Source of the DNA: Felis catus
Lineage: Eukaryota
Length of the DNA stretch: 64,000 nucleotides
Assembly: GCF_018350175.1 (NCBI RefSeq)
Contig: NC_058368.1
Location: forward strand, 160,830,001 to 160,894,000
Direction: 5' to 3'
The notes below the pieces were generated by a model, which was given only the letters and a program-made list of their open reading frames with translations, had not been told where the DNA came from and searched no databases. The position numbers and the translations under genes are program-made. Below, piece by piece: positions 53,302 to 64,000 of the stretch (within the stretch, counting starts at the first letter, position 1; the number at the start of each line of letters is the position of its first letter).

Positions 53302-53506
53302 TTTTTTTTTTTTTTTAAGTTGAGAGGGAGAGAGAGCGCGTGTGAGCAGGGGAGGGTCAGAGAAAGAGGGAGACACACAATTGGAAGCAGGCTTCAGGCT
53401 CTGAGCTGTCAGCACAGAGCCCCAGGCAGGGCTTGAACTCATAGACCCAAGATCATGACCTGAGATGAAGTGGACACTTAACCGACTGAGCCACCCAGGT
53501 GCCCCC
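53302..53506 (-). mobile_element. CanSINE
   Basis: 21-bp TSD tgatccttt(c/a)ttctggattct at 53281-53301 and 53508-53528. Confidence 0.95.
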
Positions 53507-54049
53507 TTGATCCTTTATTCTGGATTCTGATAATGTAGACCCAATCTTCGTAATTTTTCTGTACTCATATGTCCCCATATTTTAAATACTTGAGAGTGAA
53601 ATCTAAAGATCGTTTTACCAATTTCCCCCTATCTTGTCATGTTCATAATTATTTCCTCACTTTCTCTTCCTTATCTTCTAAATTGAAATGAACTAGTCAC
53701 ACGTTTTTCTAGCATAAATGAATAGTTTGAAGATAACTATGAAAATGGTGAAGGTTGGTGTTTGTGTTTCTAAAGCATGCTTATGAACCAAATATTCTAG
53801 GGAAATGGAACTAACAACCAATTTTCAAATCACTGCCTACTACATGCCATACATTGAGCTAGACACTGTGTATATAATGGTAAATACAACTATTTATGAT
53901 TCTTGCCTTAAAAAATTTACAGTCAAATGACGGAGTAACTTCAATAACAAAACCCACAACTGTTAAAAGTACATGTAAAGAGTGGTGAATATTAGTACAT
54001 AGTTCGATTTTAATTATGGAAATTTTCACACAACTGTACTTAAATAGAC

Positions 54050-55240
54050 ACAAAAATATCCATGTTTTGGAATAAATCTAACAAAACATATTCAAGAGCT
54101 GGACATAAAACACTAAAATATATTCAGAAAAAAAAGGTCCGAAATTGGTGGAGTCCTATACCATGTTCACAGTTTGAACACTAAAAATATTAAAGGTGTA
54201 TTTTCTTCAAAATTTATAGATATAATGTCATCACACTTAAAAATCCTACATATGTTAGTCAGGTTTGATTAAACTCAAAGTGGGACCTACCTAGGAAAAA
54301 AAAAACTAACAAATCAAACTTCAAAGTTCAAACAAAATTCTAATCCAAGAAGATATATATGTATAAGTTAAAGGCCTAAGAAAAAAAGATTCTAAAAATT
54401 AGTAAATACATTCTTCACTAAAAAGAGGTTTATTTTTAATTTTTACTTTATTTTCCTTTCTATATATGTTTACCATATTTAGCAAACAAAACTCCATGAC
54501 CCCTAGTTAAATGTAGATTTCATTAAGCACTGAAAAATCTTTTTTTCATATAAATGCATACATGCAATACTTAGAAGATACATGTACTAAAATATTTTGT
54601 GTGGCTTATCTAATATTTACATTGACCTGGGTATCTTGTATTTTATCTGACAACTCTATTTCTTGGTAAATATGTAAGAGAAAAAATGTGTATGGGCACC
54701 AAAAGAAAATTATAGGAATGTTCATAGCAGTATTATTTGTCAGAGTTCTACACTTGATACAACTCTATCATTGGTAGAATGATAAAGAAACTATAGTATA
54801 TTCACAGAATGAAATACTATAAAGTACTTTAGATGAACAAACTACAGTTAAAGTGAGTAAGAAAAGTCCTAACACTGAATACATATTTTATGATCCTATT
54901 TATAAAAGTTCAAAAACAGGAAAAATTACATTTAGTATTCTGAGGTGCTGCCAATGTTGGATTTTTGATCTGGTAGGTATGTATACTTAGAAGTGATTCA
55001 TTGATATCTACATGTATACTTTTCAGTAAGAGTTATAATTCAATAGAAAATACTAGAATTCACAGCTACACGCATGTAGCATAATTGATTTTAAGGCAAA
55101 GAAGCTTTACTAGAAATAAAAAAGGTCACAATACCATAGTAAAATATTCAGTCAACCCACGAGATGTGAAAATTCTGATCTTGTGTTTAGGTTGTAATTA
55201 GTTTTAAAATAGTGAAAGTAAGAAAATGGCAAAACCGCAT
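54050..55240 (+). mobile_element. Very old L1 (L1ME-type) fragments
   Basis: ggaatgttcatagcagtattatttg...tagtatattcacagaatgaaatactat; endonuclease-like piece at 55085-55240 that continues after about 60680. Confidence 0.65.
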
Positions 55241-55243
55241 GAA

Positions 55244-58200
55244 AGTTTTGTGTCTCGCATCCATGAAATACAGCCAGATCAACACTAAACCATCCTGTGT
55301 GCCTAGAAAACTGATTTGAGGATTAATACAACAATCTTAAAAACTTGAACCACAGAACTCAGCAGGTACATGGCACCAAGAGGTGAAATGGGGGAGAGAG
55401 AAGCTGCAGAGGGCAGGGAGCTGCTTTTGCTTGCAGAGAGAGGAAAGAGACAGAGGGGGAGAGTATGGGAAAAGCATCCCCCCCAGAAGCCTCTGGAGAG
55501 AAAGTGGAGAAGTGGAAACAGCCACGGGGACTGAACAAAAAGGGAGAAAGGAGAAAGGAGATGGTTTAAATTCCATTAAGACTCTATATAAACACGGAAA
55601 GGGAAGAGTCTGAAACTCTGCAGCTCAATACCTGGCGGTGCTCTGGTGAGAAGGGCGAATCCTTAGGAGCCAAGTGAGGTCTGGGGATCCTCAGGCCACA
55701 CAGGGAGAAACAGTTCACCTGCTGAGAGGACATTTGGTAGAGGATGTGTGGCCACCCCACAGGCAAAAGTCCCAGCAGACCCCAAAGAACAATCAACAGT
55801 CACTGGTACTGGAACAAGGCTGTTAAGGGTGAAGCTTGGTGCCAGATGTGTGTTATGATTTCCATAATCCCTGAAACTCTGCTGCTACACAATCATGTGA
55901 ACTTTTTCTATGGTGGTCTGGCACCCAGCCACAGTCACTGGGCATTGGCAGCAACACGGTCCTGCAAACATACCTGGGTGTGGCCAGCACCTGGCCATTA
56001 CTTGGTGAGACCCTTCCCCAGAAGTTCTGAGCAGGTCAAAACCACAGTCCCTCAGAAGTGAGGGGTGGGGACACACAGCCACATCTGAGATTAAACTCAG
56101 GAGGGAGATGCCACCTGGCAAAGTGACGACTTGTACACAGACAGTGTAAAAGTGGGGAGTGAACAGAAGCCAGAGACAAAGGATGACCGCGGAGAGTAGA
56201 GTTCTGATACTAGAGACTGGGTGATGCCATTTTAGCCACTCCTATGCATGTGCATACACACATATAAGAGCCACAACAATCCACCCAAGTAAGCTAAGGA
56301 GCTCCATCTAGTGGAGAACAGAGCGTTACACTAAGCACCGCCCAACTGGGCCAACCTCTCTCTTCAGGAATACCACAAGTCTCTCCGCTTGCTTAGTTTA
56401 CGGATAATAAAGTGCTTCAGAGTTTGACTTATAGGGGAAAACAACGTAATTTAATCGTATTTCAGTCTGTTCACTGGTCCATCTATTTTTTTTTTCTTTT
56501 TTTTTCTTTTTCGTTTCTTTTCTTTTTCTTGAATACACAAAGAGAAAATTTTTATTTTCAATTTTTATTAAAAAGGTTTTCCTCTAATTTTTTTCTACTA
56601 TATGCTTTGCTTTTTTATAAAAGTAAAAATTCTATTTTACTTCCATCATTTCATTTTATTCTATTTCATTGTATTTCTTCTTTCAAATTTTCAAACATTT
56701 TCCTTTTTTCCCCCTTTTTTCTGTAATTTATAAAGCTCTTTTCAACACCCAGACCAAATGACACCTAGGATCTAGCATCATTTATTGATTTGTGTGTGTG
56801 TGTGTGTGTGTGCGTGTGTGTGTGGTTTTTAATTTTAATTATTTTGCCTTATATATCCTTTTCTTCCTTCAAAATGGTGAAATGAAGGAATTCAACCCAA
56901 AAGAAAGAACAGGAAAGAAAGACAGCCAGGAATTTAACTCACATAAAAGCAAGATGTCTGAACCAGAATTTAGAATCACGATAATAAGAATACTAGCTGG
57001 GGTCGAAAATAGATTTGAATCCCCTTCAAAAGGGATTTGCGGAGATAAAAGAAGTAAAAAATAGCCAGAATGAAATTAAAAATGTTATAACTGAAGTACA
57101 ATCTCGAATGGATGCCATGGCAGCAAGGATGGATGAGGCACAGCAGCGAATCAGCAAGAGAGGACAAACTTATGGAGAATAATGAAGCAGAAATACAGCG
57201 AGACTAAGGCAAAAGAGCAAGATTTAAGAATTAGAGAAATCAGTGACTCTTGAAAAAGGAACAACATCAGAATCAAGGGGTCTTAGAAGAGGAAGAGAGA
57301 GAAGTAGGGGTAGAAGTGTTATGTGAGCATCATGGCGGAAAACTTTCCTAACCTAGGGAAAGACACAGACATCAAAATCCAGGCAGCACAGAGGACTCGC
57401 ATTAGATTCAACAAAACTGACCATCAACAAAGCATATCCCAGTCAAATTCACAAAATACTCAGGCCGGGAAAAATCATGAAAGAAGCAAGGGGAAACAAG
57501 TCCTTAACCTACAAGGGAAGACAGAGCAGGTTTGCCGCAGACCTATCCACAGAAACTTGGCAGGCCAGAAAGGAGTGGCAGGACATATTCAATGTGCTGA
57601 ACTGGAAAAACATTCAGCCAAGAATTCTTTATCCAGCAAGGCTCTCATTCAAAATAGAAGGAGAAATAAAGTTTCCTAGACAAACAAAAATTAAAGGAGT
57701 TCATGACCACTAAACCAGCCCTGCAATGAATTTTAAGGGGGAATGAGGGGAGAGAAGACGGGGGAAAAAAAAGACCAAAAGCAACAAAAATAGAAAGGAC
57801 CACAGAACAGTACCAGAAACTCCAAACTCTACAGGCAACATCATGGCAATAAATTCATATATTTCAGTACTTACTCTAAACATCAATGGTTTAAACGCTC
57901 CAATCAAAAGACATAGGGTAACAGAATGGGTAAGAAAACAAGATCCACTATTTATTGTTTACAAGAGAACCAGTTTAGACCTAAAGACACCTTCAGATTG
58001 AAAGTAAGGGGATGGAGAACCATCTATCATGCTAATGGTCAGAAAAAGAAAGCCGGAGTAGCCATACTTTTATCAGACAATCTATACCTTAAATAAAGGC
58101 TCTAACAAGAGATGAAGAAGGGAATTATATCATAATTAAGGGGTCTATCTATTAAGAAGACCCCTTCAAGTGTGCTTGCACTCAAATATATAAATCAGTT

Positions 58201-60660
58201 AATCACAATCATAAAGAAACTCATTGATAATAATACCATAATAGTAGGGACTTCAACACCCCACTTACAACATTGGACAGATCATCTAAACAGAAAATCA
58301 ACAAGGAAACAATGGCTTTGAATGACACACTGGACCAGATGGACTTAACAGATATATTCAGAACATTTCATCCTAAAGCAGCAGAATACACATTTTTCTC
58401 CAGTGCAAATGGAACGTTCTCCAGAAAAGATCACATACTGGGACACAAACCAGCCCTCAGCAAGTACAAAAAGATTGAGATCATACCATGCATATTTTCA
58501 GATCACAACGCTATGAAACTCAAAATCAACCACATGAAAAATTTTGGAAAGGTAAGAAATACCTGGAGACTAAAGAATACCATACTAAAGAATGAATGGG
58601 CTAACCAAGCAGTTAAAGAGGAACTTTAAAAGTACATGAAAGCCAATGAAAATGATAACACCATAGCCCTAAATCTCTGGACGCAGCCAAGACAGTCCTA
58701 AGAGGAAAGTATATAGCACTCCAGGCCTTCCAAAAGAAGGAAGAAAGTTCTCAGTTATACAACCTAACCTTACACCTTAAAGAGCTGGAAAAAGAACAGC
58801 AAATAAACCCCAAGAACAGCAGAAGACAGGAAAGAATAAAGATTAGGGCAGAAATCAATGCTATTGAAACAAACAAAAAACAGTGGAACAGATTAATGAA
58901 ACCAGAAGCTTATTTTTTGGAAGAATTAACAAAATTGATAAACCACTAGTCAGTTTGATCAAAAAGAAAAAGGAAAGGACCCAAATAAATAAAATCAAGA
59001 ATGAAAGAAGAGATCACAACCAACACAACAGAAATAAAAACAACAATTAGAGAATATTATGAGCAATTATACACCAATAAAATGGGCAATCTGGAAGAAA
59101 TAGACAAATTCCTAGATACATATACACTACCAAAACTGAAACGGGAAGAAATAAAAAATTTGAACAGACCCATAACCAGTAAGGAAATCAAATTAGTAAT
59201 CAAAAATCTGCCAAAAATGGCTTTCCAGGGGAATTCTACCAAAAATCTAAAGAAGAGTTAACACCTATTTATTGAAGCTGTTCCAAAAAACAGAAATGGG
59301 AGAAAAACTTCCAAACTCTTTCTATGAAGCATTACCTTGATTCCAAAACCAGAAAGAGACCACACTAAAAAGGGGAACTATAGACCAATTTCCCTGATGA
59401 ACATGGATGCAAAAATCCTCAACAAGATATTAGCCAATGGATGAAAGACCTAAATGTAAGACAGGACCCCATCAAAATCCTTGAGGAGAAAGCAGGCAAA
59501 AACCTCTTTGAACTTGGCTGCAACAACTTCTTACTCAACATGTCTCCAGAGGCAAGGGAAACAAAAGCAAAAATGAACTCATTAAAGCAAAAAGCTTCTG
59601 CACAGCAAAGGAAACAATCAGCAAAACTAAAAGGCAACTGACAGAATGGGGGAAGATATTTGCAAATGACATATCAGATAAAGGGTTAGTATCCAAAATC
59701 TATAAAGAATTGATCAAACTCAATACCCAAAAAACAAATAATCCAGTGAAGAAATGGGCAAAAGACATGAATAGACACTTCTCCAAAGAAGACATCCATA
59801 TGGCCAACAGATACATGAAAAAATGCTCCACAGCACTCATAATCAGGGAAATACAAATCAAAACCACAATGAGATACCACCTCACACCTGTTAGAATGGC
59901 TAACATTAACAACTCAGGTAACAACAGATGTTGGCAAGGATGCAGAGAAAGAGGATCTCTTTTGTACTGCTGATGGGAATGCAAACTGGTGAAGCCACTC
60001 TGGAAAACAGTATGGAAGTTCCTCAAAAAATTAAAAATAGAACTACTCTATGACCCAGCAATTGCACTACTTTTATTTCTCCAAGGGATACAGGCATGCT
60101 ATTTCAAAGGGTCACAAGCACCCCCAATGTTTAGCAGCACTATCAACAATATCCAAGGTATAGAAAGAGCCCAAATGCCCATCGATTGATAATGGATAAA
60201 GAAGTGGTATATATATACAATGGAATATTACTTAGCAATCAAAAAGAATGAAATCTTGCCATTTGCATCTACCTGCATAGAACCAAAGGGTATTATGCTA
60301 TGTGAAATTAGTCAAATAAAGACAAATATCATATGACTTCACCCATATGAGGATTTTAAGATACAAAACATGAACATAAGGGAAGGGAAGCAAAAATAAT
60401 ATAAAAACATGGAGGTGGACAAAACATAAGAGACTCTTAAATATGGAGGACAAACAGAGGGTTGCTGGAAGGATTGTGTGAAGGGGGGATGGGTTAAATG
60501 GGTAAGGAACATTAAGGAATCTAGTCCTGAAATCACTGTTGCACTATATGCTAACTAACTTGGATGTAAATTTAAAAAAAAATAATTAATTAAATTGAAA
60601 AATAAAATAAACCATGAAAAAACAGCCTCCCCCAAAAAATAATAAAAAAATAATGAAAAT
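55244..60660 (+). mobile_element. Near-full-length inactive felid/carnivore LINE-1 (5' UTR, ORF1, ORF2 with RT deleted, 3' UTR)
   Basis: GC-richer 5' UTR. ORF1 from ATG 56874 (AENFPNLGKDTDIKIQ, AADLSTETWQARKEWQDIF, PRILYPARLSFKIEGEIK). ORF2 from ATG 57843 (MAINSYISVLTLNINGLNAPIKRHRVTEW). Stops and frameshifts throughout; A-rich tail. Confidence 0.96.
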
Positions 60661-60962
60661 AAAATTAACATTTTTAAAATTTGACAAGACTGCCAAATAA
60701 TTGGAGGTTTTAACATAACTTTCTCCAAAAGAAGTTATAATATAGATTTAATAACACAAAATTAAGTTTAATCCAATGAATATAAAAAGAATATTGAACT
60801 AAAAATCGAAGCGTATGCATTCTTTTTCAATATATAGAAAATATTTACTAAACTCACCACTGACAAGATCATAAAGTCATGTTTCAATGAATTTCAAAGA
60901 ATAGGTGACTTTAAAACTATTTTTTTCTGCCTATGTAGTTTTTAATAAAAAATGGAAAAATA

Positions 60963-61198
60963 GTGGAACCTGGGTGGCTCAGATGGCTAAGTGTCTGACT
61001 CTTGATTTTGGCTCAGGTCATGGTGTCAGGGTTGTGAGATCTAGCCTCCCATGAGGCTCCACACTGGGCATGGAGCCTGTTTAAGATTCTCTCACTCCCT
61101 CTTCCTCTGCTTCTGCCCCTTACCAAATCACGCATCTTTGGACACCTGCTCTATAAATACATAAATAAATAGATAGATAAATAAATAAATAAAATAAA
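60963..61198 (+). mobile_element. CanSINE
   Basis: ggaacctgggtggctcagatggctaagtgtctgactcttgattttggctcaggtcatg; (TAAA/TAGA)n tail. Confidence 0.93.
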
Positions 61199-62499
61199 TG
61201 ACCCTCCATATATTTATATATTAAAAATACACTACTGAGTCAAAAAGAAATCAAAGTAACAATTGAAAATGCTACCCAGAACTGAAAAAATAATTTACAT
61301 ATCCAATTACTAGGATTAAATTTATGTGGTATACAGAAAGATTTTTGTAGCATAAAAACCAATATGAGAAAGAAGAAAGGGTATAATTTATTGATGTATA
61401 TTTTTAAAAATACAGACAAGACAGTCTTATTTTAGATATAAATTGTGTTATATTCCTATCCTGGTATATGTTGCAATGGACCAAAATTGAAATAAACCAC
61501 ATGACTTTCATTAATACAGTGGTAGTTAACCTGTAAGTCAGAGAATACATACATAATGTATTAATATAACACATGTCAAATGCTTGCTTAGGACTACCTG
61601 TGTGTAATATTATTTTTAAAAAGAGAATGAGTGAATGATAAATACAAAACTCTTCATTATAGTTACCTCTAAGAGGAACAAGGAGAATGTGAAGGAGGAG
61701 GGGCACACAGGTAAAAGATACTTTTAATTCCTCATTTCTGTTATTTTGAAAAAAAGTTATACAAATATGACATGGATGCATTACCTTTGTCAAATGATTC
61801 AAGCACTGCATTGAAAGTAGGTTATAAAGTGTAAGTCTCTTAACTTCCCTCTTAGCACTAAACTTTTCTGTGACCATGCTTTTTAGACATTTTTCTATTC
61901 ATTAAAAATGAATTTAAACTATTACCTATGTATATATAAGCATATAGTTGTTTTATTACATAAATTATATGGAAGCATTTATACTGTCCTATTAACCATA
62001 TGTCTTATAGATCTTTTATATCAGCACTGAAAGTTTGGTTCTCCTTTTTCCTAAATAGTTACATAGCAGTCCAAAATATAGATAAGACAAATATTTTAAA
62101 GTAACTCCTTCTTGAAAGATACGTAGGTATTTTTTACCGAGATTTCATTTTTATAGATACTAAATCAAAGAATACTGTTTATTACACAAATTTTTACACA
62201 TACACATTTTTAAGAGGAGAATATCAGAATTTAGATTGTATCTTATTGCATAATCATATAATAACATTTCAGAATCATTCTCAAGGGCATCTGCTTCTCC
62301 TTCAATCAACGAGCTCTGAATCTGATGGTACAGACATGGAAACTAAGTTAGGTATCACTGTTTTCTACTGTAGAGCTGATGTTCATCTTTTTCTCACCAG
62401 GTCTTGTGATTTCCTAAGAATATCATGTCTCTGAGCCATTACCACAGATCTTTGTGGGCTAAGGTAATATATCTTATGGTATCGCTAGCCATTGTGATA

Positions 62500-63800
62500 A
62501 CTATCCTTGTCTTTCCTTTGTCTTGTTAGTACTGACACTTGTCTTCTACTATTCTGGAATTCTATCATTCCCATGAACTCTAAGGACTAGAACCCAGGTA
62601 CATGACGGCCTCTCCACTGCCAACCCTGATCTAGAGCAAAGGGTCACAACTAAGCCTCTAAAAAAGTAATGGTGACCCCTTGACTGGAGTATTCCTTATT
62701 GCTTTAGTGAAAGGAATATTTTTAAGCATTTATTACAGAATATTTTCAGCTGTGGGTCTTGTAATAAATCCATTCTAAAATTCCCTAATCCTTGAGCTTC
62801 TGGAGTTATTCCTTAAGATTCTTCCAAAGCTTTTCTAGCAAACTATTAAATAGGAAGACTTAAATTGATTGTTTAAGTCTGCCTTGTCACGCTTATAATT
62901 GAATTTTGACCCTGAGTTTTACTAATGTTTGCCTTGTGACTGCCAGGGTGCCATAAAGGATACTCACATTAAACATGGCCATGCTTTTTCAGTGTGTTTT
63001 GAGTGATGTTTGTTGACATGAATCTTTCATTCTTTCTTCATGGCTTTAAGGCAGCTAACCAAAAGAAGACAATTTTACATTTCTTACCACTACAATTGAG
63101 CTTATACTATTTTAATGCCAGACTTAGTGCATTCCCCAATGCCACCTTTTCTAGTTCGCCAATCTGTCACACAGGATAGGTTTACAAATGCTAACGCTAT
63201 TGTGTTCCAGAATCTCCTACTGAACGTCTGTTTTCTAGGGCAGAGAGACCATCATGTGCTTCACTGCAAGCAGAGCATGAGGTTAGACTTGGATAAAAGT
63301 AGGTTATTGTGAGGTGCTACCAGCAAGCACAAGTGAAGGAGTGGAAAGAGGAAGAGTCAGGGAAGATGGAAAATGAGTATAAGAGTGATTAATGTCACAG
63401 GGAAGACTTAGCTGTGACCTCTAAGAAGTAAAAATGTCCTCCAGTGATGCCAACATGAATGAAAAGAAGCCAGTGCATTTATCCAGTGACTCCCCCTCCC
63501 CTCACTGGCTTCAGAGTCACTCTTACAGGCATTAACAATCTCACATTTTATGTTGTACATGAATGTGGTCAAATTAGATTGTCTCAGTGCCAAAGGGACC
63601 CTGAGGCAGAAAGTGGAAAATTGAGTGGCACACATTTGAGATGGAATGCAGCCAGTGCATTCCAGAATGCAGAATGAGCCTTCCTACAGCTGCCTTGTGA
63701 AACCATATATAAACAGAGGAGGTATGATGTGAAAGCCAAAGGTATCTGCCACCATGGACAGCACAAATGATATCTCTTGGCAAGGGCTCCTGGAAACTAA
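62500..63800 (-). mobile_element. Possible ancient ERVL/MaLR 5' internal region plus LTR
   Basis: Composition shift and weak resemblance to antisense ERVL-type leader (...tagttcgccaatctg|tcacacagg); family not pinned down. Confidence 0.35.
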
Positions 63801-64000
63801 ATGGTATTCTCATCATATTTATGATGTAATGTCAATCAAAAGTTATTAGAAATAAATTTATATTCATTATTTAAAGGTATATGTAAAAGATGCTAGACCA
63901 ATTTTTAATTCTGACCTAATAATGCAAGTATGAGTCTATTTATACAATTGTATTTGTATTATTATAGTTAGGAATACTAGAATCATTTTTTTAAGATGAC

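Noticed and set aside
55232..60619. Possible TSD of the long L1 (aaaccgcatgaaa / aaaccatgaaa)
   Set aside because: Needs a 2-nt gap and lies in A-rich sequence; too weak to call.
61404..61877. Longest ORF in the track (157 aa, minus strand)
   Set aside because: Appears to overlap degraded old L1 3' sequence and resembles no protein I know.

Overview
This is AT-rich, repeat-dense mammalian genomic DNA from a carnivore, almost certainly a felid: it carries tRNA-derived CanSINEs of the cat SINEC_Fc type and a young cat-type L1 3' end. It reads as intergenic or deep-intronic sequence. I recognise no host protein-coding gene, RNA gene or processed pseudogene. The supplied ORFs are degraded L1 ORF1/ORF2 pieces, SINE or microsatellite translations, or chance ORFs. 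I count about 24 CanSINEs (most with target-site duplications, TSDs), many L1 fragments of different ages, a near-full-length L1 with its RT domain deleted (55.2-60.7 kb), two solo LTRs, an ancient ERVL integrase-plus-LTR relic, MaLR LTRs, hAT DNA transposons and L2/MIR remnants. The most unusual structure is a composite templated insertion at 21901-22226, built from inverted copies of two nearby sequences and bracketed by (TA)n tracts. A second fold-back structure lies 2 kb away at 24121-24294. I found no convincing novel biological system. Repeat family names come from my recall of consensus sequences, not from a search.
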